Shown here in pieces: positions 1 to 7,393 of a stretch of 30,500 bases of DNA. A program made the translations under genes and the position numbers. Origin of the DNA: a virus (Duplodnaviria > Heunggongvirae > Uroviricota > Caudoviricetes); the IMG/VR virus record IMGVR_UViG_3300046000_008568, positions 1 to 30,500 of that record; one strand, written 5' to 3'. Below the pieces are notes generated by a model, which saw nothing but the letters and a program-made list of their open reading frames with translations, searched no databases and was not told the DNA's origin. The stretch's first letter is position 1; each line of letters begins with the position of its first letter.

Positions 1-20
1 AAAGAGGGATAAAGAAGTAG

Positions 21-179
21 AAACGAGCTAAAGAAAAACACCATTATTCTAGTAAAAATAAAATACTAATAGACGACAAACCAGAAACAATTGATAATTG
101 GAATAATGCTGGTGGAATAGGAATATTATATAAAAACACACCCGATACTCTTAAACAATTAAAAAAATTAGGGCTATGA
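21..179 (+). CDS. C-terminal fragment of a HAD-family 5'(3')-deoxyribonucleotidase-like protein (5' end not recoverable)
   Basis: Hand translation KRAKEKHHYSSKNKILIDDKPETIDNWNNAGGIGILYKNTPDTLKQLKKLGL*. LIDD and W..AGGIGI are typical HAD motif IV features. Its TGA overlaps the next ATG (ATGA 176-179). In-frame TAG at 18-20. Confidence 0.6.
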   Translation, partial: KRAKEKHHYSSKNKILIDDKPETIDNWNNAGGIGILYKNTPDTLKQLKKLGL

Positions 180-442
180 TAGATCCATACGTAAATCTAG
201 AAACTACAGATAAACACATAATTCGCGAATTTAGTGATAAAACAGATATCATTGATTTTATGTGGCATCGTGACAATGAAGATAGATTAGTTGAAGCACT
301 TCACGATACAGATTGGCAAGTACAACTTGATAATGAATTACCCACATCGCTAGATAAACCAATATTTATACTAAGACACCACTATCATCGAGTAATCAAA
401 GGTAATGGAAATTTACGCGTTAAAATCAATAAATTACCATAA
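176..442 (+). CDS. small cupin-like phage protein
   Basis: 88 aa, beta-rich, with WHRD..EDR and HYHRVIKG His motifs resembling the two cupin metal-binding motifs. Coupled to both neighbours (ATGA and TAATG overlaps). Confidence 0.55.
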   Translation: MIDPYVNLETTDKHIIREFSDKTDIIDFMWHRDNEDRLVEALHDTDWQVQLDNELPTSLDKPIFILRHHYHRVIKGNGNLRVKINKLP

Positions 443-837
443 TGGAAGATATAAATAAAAAAAAATTAAGCGGAGAAGTAACAGCAAATAAACTAGTTGA
501 TAAACTCAACTCAGGATTATTTAAGCAACTATCAGCTCACGAGTTAGATGTTTTTAAACAACATATAGCTAATCGTTTAAAATTAGTTCAAGACGGTCCT
601 CCATCAAATATAAACGAAAATAATTTATCTATTACCGAAAGACTTAAAAATATGATCCGTAAAGAACTTATGGGTGATACTGAGGATGAAGAGGTTCTTA
701 GAGACAAATACATGTATAAGTTAAATGCTTATAAAAACATGAAAAAAAATAACAGAAGTAACTTTGAAATTGACCAAGCTAGAAAAGATTTAGTAGACGC
801 CGCTAAAGCATACGGAATTAATCTACCAGCACAATAA
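442..837 (+). CDS. hypothetical protein, candidate internal head protein
   Basis: 131 aa with INE and ITE sites followed by an RLKNMIRKEL helix. ATATTTAT lies upstream at 362-369. Confidence 0.6.
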   Translation: MEDINKKKLSGEVTANKLVDKLNSGLFKQLSAHELDVFKQHIANRLKLVQDGPPSNINENNLSITERLKNMIRKELMGDTEDEEVLRDKYMYKLNAYKNMKKNNRSNFEIDQARKDLVDAAKAYGINLPAQ

Positions 838-846
838 CATATCTTA

Positions 847-3800
847 ATGAGACCAATAGATAAATTTATATTACACGTTATTCATAATTGGAAAAATAAT
901 CTGAATGAAGCTTATGCTCCTTCTGTTATGACTAAATTAATGGATAAGTTTAAAGAGGAAGCTGACGATTTAAACATTGAAATTAATGACGAACAATTAA
1001 AAACATATATTGAACGTTTTGATACTATGAAAAATTCTCCTAAAATCACGGAGAAGGATTTATTTAAGTATTCATTATCTCAATTAATTAAATTAGTTAC
1101 CGCTTCTCAAGGTGCTGAAGCACCCGAATCAGCTGATATTACTCCTGATGTGGTTTATCATAATGATGATAATACTATTGTTGTTTATAATGGTTCTAAG
1201 GAAGACAATTGTATTACTTATGGGCGTGGTGAAAGATGGTGTATTACTAAAGGTTCATATGCTACATATAGATATAGCGCTGATAGATCATATCCAACAT
1301 TTTATTTAGCTCAAAATAATAATTTATCAAGTGATGATGCTTTAAGCTTTGTTGCTATTCAAGTTAGAGACCCTAAAACAACATCGGAAAACCAAAGATA
1401 CGTTTATACAAATCGTCAAAATTCTCCTCATGAATCTCAACCAATGAGTTTTTCTCAATTAGAGAGAGAAGTCCCTTGGTTACGTGAAATTCCAAATGTA
1501 CAACAAGTACTTAAATACATACCATTAAACACAGGAGAAAAACTAACTCAACAATATAAAAATAAACCTATTGGTATTAGAGAATGGGTTAAATTACCAT
1601 TTAATGTTAAACAACAATATTTAGTAGTTAGAAAAGAAAAAAAATTGTTTGATGATGTTTCTAATGATGAATTTTTATCTAAATATTTATCTAAATTTCC
1701 TCAATTAGCTGAATTTATTGCTATTACTCCTGGGATAATTGAAACTGAAGAATTATTAAAACATTTAGATTCTTTTTCAAATAATGATAGAAGATCAATC
1801 ATAGCTAATATGAGAGATAAAGTAAAGTTATCTAATCTTAAATCTGAAACTTTTCCGTTTGATGTTAAAAAATTATTAACTACATTAGATAAATGGGATT
1901 TAACTAATAATGAAAGAATATACGTTACTAAAGATGGTAACGCTATTGTTAAATTAGATTTAGGAGATAATATTACTGTAGGTATCTATACTGCTGAAGA
2001 TGATTATCCTAGCATTAAATTAAATAAAAGAACATCAAAATATCTTACAGATTATCCTGAACTAGATAAAATACCATTTAGAGATTTAGCTAAATTAGTT
2101 TCTGATGAAGTAATTGATCAAACACTTTTAGACCAAACCCTAGAAGCAGCTAAAAATGATCCGGATTCTGCTATTGTAGTTAAAGATACAGATAATGGAC
2201 AAATCATTGTAGATTCAAATTCATTTGCTTCATATAAAATAGAAAATGGTAAAATAAATCAAATACCATTTGATAGTGAAGAAGTACAAGCTGTATTTGA
2301 TGAACAAGGTGATAATGAAGCTTTTCAAGAAAATGTATTAAAATTATTTAATTCTCGAGAAAATATACCTTCTCAAATAGATAGAGTAGGTTTAACTTCC
2401 ATTTTAAAATCAACTTCAAATGAAAAAAGAACAATTAGCAATGCAGACTATTCTAACTCCCCAGTAGGTATATTAACAACGGATGAAGAAAACCCACTAA
2501 TATTTACAGCTATTGCTCTTCCTAATTTTCGAGGAGAAAGTCCATTTTATGCTAAAACAGTATACGGAAAAAGAAGCGACTGGAGAGATGCATCTACTAA
2601 TGAACGCTTTACTCCAGCAATGGTAGATGCTTATTTTGCTTATTTAAGAGGATTAAATCAAACATTTACAGATGACGGTTTAATTAATGCTCTTTCATCA
2701 TATGGAATGCCAACTGATCTTAAAAGATCAATATTAACAGACCCAAATTTACCTTTACAAGACACAAATATATATCGTCCTGCAGAATATAATGGTACTG
2801 TATATCTAATTAATACCCAAAACCCAGCTAATAGTAAAAAATTATCTGATACTTCAGGTAAATTAATTAAAGCAAATATTAATGCTACTGCCGCTAGACG
2901 TTTATTAAGAACCCAACAAGCAGAACCAGAAGCAGAACCGGAAGCTGAAGCTGAACCAGGAGCAGTAGTACGTGTCCCTCGAGACAATGCACCTCAAGCA
3001 CCACCAGCTGGAGCTCCAGGAGAACGTAGAAGAGGAAGACCAGCAGGTGTCGCAAATACACCTCGTGAAGCACAACCAAGACAAAGAGGTGATGTTAGTA
3101 TATCAACTCAATTTGATGATAGAGGTTTAAGAATTGGATTTGGTGGTTTACCTAGAAGTGATTTTAGAAGATTAAATGTTGATGATGCTGTACAAGTACC
3201 TAGAATAGGGGATAGAGGAGCATCTGCTAGAGATAATCAATTAGGAAGAGCAGGTCAAGTAACTAGTGTTTTTAGTGTAGGACAAAGCAAAATATATTTC
3301 ATTAGACTAAATACTCCTGAACCAACAACAATAGCATCTATTAATATCCAACCAGGAAATAGAAATTATGTTGTAATTGGTAATAGATCTTATTCTTTAA
3401 ATTCACCACGTGAATTAATGACATTTTTACAAAACAGAGATTTAGCAGAAGGTTTGAGAACGTCTATGTTTAAATTACATTTACAAGAAAACCCTCACAT
3501 GATTGATGAAATTAAACAATTAAAAAACAACCCAACAATGGAAGAAGCATATAGCACAGAAGAAAGTTTTAAAGATTATTCAAACGATGCACTTACTGAT
3601 ATGATAATTAATTCATCTAGGTTTGAAGGTAACGAAGAGGGAATTGCAAGAGTAAAAGCTGAATTAGAACGACGTAGACAAAATAAACAAACAACAGATA
3701 ATAAAATGACTAAAGAAGATTTAAAAAACTATATAAGAGAAGCACTTAAAAAACGCTTATCTGAAAACCAACCAGCTCCTTCAAGAGAAACTAGACCTGG

Positions 3801-3954
3801 TGAGACAGAAACTATCCCTGATAAAGGTACTGAAGAAGAGAAAAAACGTCGTCGCATTGGAAATCCAAATGTTGATCCAAAACCAAAAGCGATGAATGAG
3901 ACTGAACAAGAAATGGTAAAACGAATTGTAGCACGATATAAATCTAAAAAATAA
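847..3954 (+). CDS. large modular protein, candidate internal head polyprotein with an AT-hook
   Basis: 1035 aa. N-terminal LNE site, conserved-looking CITYG..RWCITKG domain, AEPE repeat linker, RRRGRP AT-hook at 3025-3042, and C-terminal modules separated by LAE/MEE/LSE/MNE. Confidence 0.7.
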   Translation: MRPIDKFILHVIHNWKNNLNEAYAPSVMTKLMDKFKEEADDLNIEINDEQLKTYIERFDTMKNSPKITEKDLFKYSLSQLIKLVTASQGAEAPESADITPDVVYHNDDNTIVVYNGSKEDNCITYGRGERWCITKGSYATYRYSADRSYPTFYLAQNNNLSSDDALSFVAIQVRDPKTTSENQRYVYTNRQNSPHESQPMSFSQLEREVPWLREIPNVQQVLKYIPLNTGEKLTQQYKNKPIGIREWVKLPFNVKQQYLVVRKEKKLFDDVSNDEFLSKYLSKFPQLAEFIAITPGIIETEELLKHLDSFSNNDRRSIIANMRDKVKLSNLKSETFPFDVKKLLTTLDKWDLTNNERIYVTKDGNAIVKLDLGDNITVGIYTAEDDYPSIKLNKRTSKYLTDYPELDKIPFRDLAKLVSDEVIDQTLLDQTLEAAKNDPDSAIVVKDTDNGQIIVDSNSFASYKIENGKINQIPFDSEEVQAVFDEQGDNEAFQENVLKLFNSRENIPSQIDRVGLTSILKSTSNEKRTISNADYSNSPVGILTTDEENPLIFTAIALPNFRGESPFYAKTVYGKRSDWRDASTNERFTPAMVDAYFAYLRGLNQTFTDDGLINALSSYGMPTDLKRSILTDPNLPLQDTNIYRPAEYNGTVYLINTQNPANSKKLSDTSGKLIKANINATAARRLLRTQQAEPEAEPEAEAEPGAVVRVPRDNAPQAPPAGAPGERRRGRPAGVANTPREAQPRQRGDVSISTQFDDRGLRIGFGGLPRSDFRRLNVDDAVQVPRIGDRGASARDNQLGRAGQVTSVFSVGQSKIYFIRLNTPEPTTIASINIQPGNRNYVVIGNRSYSLNSPRELMTFLQNRDLAEGLRTSMFKLHLQENPHMIDEIKQLKNNPTMEEAYSTEESFKDYSNDALTDMIINSSRFEGNEEGIARVKAELERRRQNKQTTDNKMTKEDLKNYIREALKKRLSENQPAPSRETRPGETETIPDKGTEEEKKRRRIGNPNVDPKPKAMNETEQEMVKRIVARYKSKK

Positions 3955-4958
3955 TGGCTAGACTGTTAGAGATAGAATACGAAAAGATATTTAAACCTGA
4001 AACTATGGCTTTGCTTAAAGGCAAGTCAGGTGAATCTTTACGTGACACACTTGGTACTAAAAATCTTCAACAAGTAGTACAACGTTCTGCTGAATTAGTT
4101 CCTGAAATCATAGAGGCTGAAAATGGATATCGTGATCATTTAGAATTACTTGCTGCTGATATTGTAACAAAAGCATACCCTATTATTGATTATGCTAATA
4201 TAAAAATAGATGCTAAAATAGTAACTATGGGGGATCTTAAGATTCCTGAAGAATCAGATGAAGTACCTGTAGAAGATACACCACCGGAAGCTGAACAAGC
4301 TAAACGTCGTATTATAAATGGTATTACACAAGGTGCTTCTATTAGAGGTTCATTTGCATTCTTATTGTTTAGAGATTATTTAGATGCTTTTGATGAAGAA
4401 TTAGTAGCAAAATATAATGAAATATTAAAATTATCGTTTGGTATTTACGATGACGAAAATGCAATCGCTATGTTATTAGCTATGATTGCACAACAACAAA
4501 ATATGCCGGGTGGAGAAAGTGAAATGGTTTATGATGAAGACGAAGAACAATTCGTTATCAAAGCTAGAGCTATTTGCTTTCCTATGTTAGTACATGAAAT
4601 AGTAAAAGGATTATATGAAATTGTGGGTACAGAAGGGTTTGGAGCGGATAAAGAAAAAAATCAAGCAATCGTTAATACTGTGGATAAATTATCCAATGAA
4701 CCTAATGATTTGCGTTTTGGAAAGTTTATTTACGATGCTATATCAGATATATACAATGATGGAAATATAAATGATCCTCGAGTTAGAGAGCTATTATTTT
4801 CAGAAATATATAAACTATCAGAAGAAGAATTTGTTCCATTTATTGAAAACGCTGTTAACAACATATTAACATCACAACAAAAGAAATGGGCAGCTGATAC
4901 AATGCGTGACATTAAAGACGACCTTAGAAAAGACGATACTGGATTAGCTGGATTATAG
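3954..4958 (+). CDS. hypothetical acidic phage protein (head region)
   Basis: 334 aa, TAATG-coupled, N-terminal RLLE. KRRIINGITQGA and FPMLVHEIVKGLYE (HExxK) look like conserved motifs. Confidence 0.7.
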   Translation: MARLLEIEYEKIFKPETMALLKGKSGESLRDTLGTKNLQQVVQRSAELVPEIIEAENGYRDHLELLAADIVTKAYPIIDYANIKIDAKIVTMGDLKIPEESDEVPVEDTPPEAEQAKRRIINGITQGASIRGSFAFLLFRDYLDAFDEELVAKYNEILKLSFGIYDDENAIAMLLAMIAQQQNMPGGESEMVYDEDEEQFVIKARAICFPMLVHEIVKGLYEIVGTEGFGADKEKNQAIVNTVDKLSNEPNDLRFGKFIYDAISDIYNDGNINDPRVRELLFSEIYKLSEEEFVPFIENAVNNILTSQQKKWAADTMRDIKDDLRKDDTGLAGL

Positions 4959-4983
4959 TTAATATTTATAATAAATTATATTA

Positions 4984-6051
4984 ATGAGTGATTTTAACCT
5001 ACATAACTTCTTAACCGAACATAAGTTAACTCGTAATTCGGTATTATTAGAAAATGATAATGCTCCTAGTTTTACTAAACAGGAGATGAGATTTTTTAAA
5101 CCTGAAGAAGCAAAATGGAATGGAGAAATGGATGGACTTACTCCTATTGTAACATATAAAGGACATTCATATAAACTAGATGGACCTACTGATACAAACA
5201 ATATAGAAAGAGAACCAGGAGAATCATCAGCAGCAGGAGATGCATATATGTCTACAGATAAACTACCTGGGGCTTGGTTTAAATTTAGTGCTTATTTTGA
5301 ATATGATGGTGACGGATATGGACTTGAAGATCTACTAGATCTAGAAGAAGTAGATCAAGACCCAGTATGGGAAATAGACCCAGACTCAGAAGACATCCCA
5401 GATGAAGAAGAATTTGACTTTGGTGATGAATTAGATGAACGTGACATAAAGGGTAAAGAAGAAAGAATCGTTAAAGCATTAAAAAAAACAGGAAAATATA
5501 GTAAAGACGATCCTGAACTATATAGATTAGCAGCAGGTATAATGAAAAAACAAAAATCAATGAAAGAAGATATAGATGTAGGCCATCAAGATAATGAACC
5601 ACATATGCTTAAAAGCGATGTTTATAGAACTGCTAAAATGGCAGCTATGTTATATAAGCAACTAGACAAATATGACAATGGTCAAGAAGTTGATTTTCCA
5701 CATTGGTGGCAAGCTAAAATAATTAAAGCATACGATTATTTACAAAGCGCTTATGGATATTTAGATGGTGAAGAAAAAGTAACAGCTATTGATTCAATGA
5801 TGAATGAAGTACAAGGCGAAGAATTGAGTCACGATATTGCTCTTATAGGTGGTACATTAAAAAAAATTGAAACAATGATTGACTTTGGTAGAGATCAAGA
5901 TCAAGACGTTGAAGAAGGATTACAAACTGTACTTAATATTTTAATTGATATTCAACATAAATTAGAAACAACCACTAAAGATGCCTCAGATATGGGTGGT
6001 GCTAGTAAATTTTATCAAATGGAAAATATATTAAAACAAATGGGTAAATAA
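4984..6051 (+). CDS. modular acidic protein with targeting-like leader, candidate internal head protein
   Basis: Begins [23 protein letters not shown]. Modules are delimited by LDE, MKE and MNE, and one is the helical [13 protein letters not shown] module. Confidence 0.7.
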   Translation: MSDFNLHNFLTEHKLTRNSVLLENDNAPSFTKQEMRFFKPEEAKWNGEMDGLTPIVTYKGHSYKLDGPTDTNNIEREPGESSAAGDAYMSTDKLPGAWFKFSAYFEYDGDGYGLEDLLDLEEVDQDPVWEIDPDSEDIPDEEEFDFGDELDERDIKGKEERIVKALKKTGKYSKDDPELYRLAAGIMKKQKSMKEDIDVGHQDNEPHMLKSDVYRTAKMAAMLYKQLDKYDNGQEVDFPHWWQAKIIKAYDYLQSAYGYLDGEEKVTAIDSMMNEVQGEELSHDIALIGGTLKKIETMIDFGRDQDQDVEEGLQTVLNILIDIQHKLETTTKDASDMGGASKFYQMENILKQMGK

Positions 6052-6536
6052 TGGAATTTAAAACAAAAAAAGAACTAGAAGATTTTATTCGCGGGCGTGT
6101 ACGTCAACGTTTGAAAAAAACTGATACTGAAGCCTACCAAGGTGATCCTAGCTCCCCTATGAATATAATGTTGGCTCGTTTCCCTGAGTTAAGACAAACA
6201 TTAGAGAAGCTATTATCAATGCAATATAGATTGTTTGTTAGTGATATTGAATGGGTTGCTCCAAAACCAACTACATTTAAAATTCTATTACCTAATAAAC
6301 AATATTTTAATTTAATATGGAATACCGAAGATTTTATTGCTAAGGTATCGGGTATGAAATATGATATGCTTACTCTTCAAGAACGTGAGAGAGCGACTAA
6401 AGCTATATCGGAGTTACTTCAATTTGGCCCTGTACACGCTAATCTATCACCAGAAGAATTAGCTCAACAAGATCTAACACCAGCTAAAGGAGAAGCAGCT
6501 GCTCCACCTCCATTATCTCCAGAAGAATTAAGTTAA
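6051..6536 (+). CDS. hypothetical phage protein
   Basis: 161 aa, TAATG-coupled, with N-terminal KELEDFIRGRVRQRL helix, WVAPKPTTF core and Pro-rich tail. Confidence 0.7.
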   Translation: MEFKTKKELEDFIRGRVRQRLKKTDTEAYQGDPSSPMNIMLARFPELRQTLEKLLSMQYRLFVSDIEWVAPKPTTFKILLPNKQYFNLIWNTEDFIAKVSGMKYDMLTLQERERATKAISELLQFGPVHANLSPEELAQQDLTPAKGEAAAPPPLSPEELS

Positions 6537-6537
6537 A

Positions 6538-6569
6538 TTTGGCTCCCGCAAGGAGCCTTATTACATTTA
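6538..6569 (+). promoter_or_regulatory. Bacteroidota sigma-A-type promoter with a GC hairpin as spacer
   Basis: TTTG (6538-41), 20 nt, TACATTTA (6562-69). The spacer holds GGCTCC-CGCAA-GGAGCC, a probable terminator stem for the upstream operon. Confidence 0.65.
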
Positions 6570-6591
6570 AACCCTAATTTAACATTACGTT

Positions 6592-7371
6592 ATGAACAAA
6601 AAGAAAAGATTATTTTTCGACATTGAAACAAGTCCGAACGTTGGATTTTTCTGGCAATCAGGATACAAACTGAACATTCCCTACACCAATATTATTAAAG
6701 AAAGAGCTATTATCTGTATTTGCTATAAATGGGCAGATGAAGACAAAGTATATTCTTTACAATGGGATAAAAATCAAGATGACAAGGCCATGTTAGAAAA
6801 ATTCATGGTTGTAGCTAACGAAGCTCATGAATTAGTAGGACATAATGGGGATCGATTCGATTTACCTTGGATCAGAACACGTTGTTTATTTCATGGTATT
6901 TCATGTTTTCCAACTTATGCTACTATCGACACATTAAAACATTCTCGTTCTAAATTTAGATTTAATAGTAATCGTTTAGATTATATTGCTAAATACTTAG
7001 GTGTGGGAGAAAAATCTGAAACCGGTGGTTTTGATTTGTGGAGAAATATCGTATTAGATAACGATAAAGACGCAATGAACACAATGGTGGAATATTGTAA
7101 AAATGATGTTGTTATACTTGAAAAAGTATATAATCACATTAAAAACTATGTACCACATAAAACACATTATGGTGCTTTAGAAACAGGAGAAAAAACATGT
7201 TGTCCTGAATGTGGATCAACTGATTTAAGACATTCACAAACTCGTTATTCTGCTGCTGGTACTCCACGTATCCAAATGCAATGTAATGATTGTCACAAAT
7301 ACCATACTGTTGCTAGTAGAACATATGATGCAATAATTGCTAAACAGTTTGAAGGGGAAGAGGAAGAGTAA
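6592..7371 (+). CDS. DEDDy/RNase_H_2-type 3'-5' exonuclease with C-terminal zinc ribbon
   Basis: Exo I FFDIETSP, Exo II GHNGDRFDLPWI, Exo III YCKNDV, then CPECG...CNDC. Confidence 0.85.
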   Translation: MNKKKRLFFDIETSPNVGFFWQSGYKLNIPYTNIIKERAIICICYKWADEDKVYSLQWDKNQDDKAMLEKFMVVANEAHELVGHNGDRFDLPWIRTRCLFHGISCFPTYATIDTLKHSRSKFRFNSNRLDYIAKYLGVGEKSETGGFDLWRNIVLDNDKDAMNTMVEYCKNDVVILEKVYNHIKNYVPHKTHYGALETGEKTCCPECGSTDLRHSQTRYSAAGTPRIQMQCNDCHKYHTVASRTYDAIIAKQFEGEEEE

Positions 7372-7393
7372 ATATTTATTATAAAATATTTGC

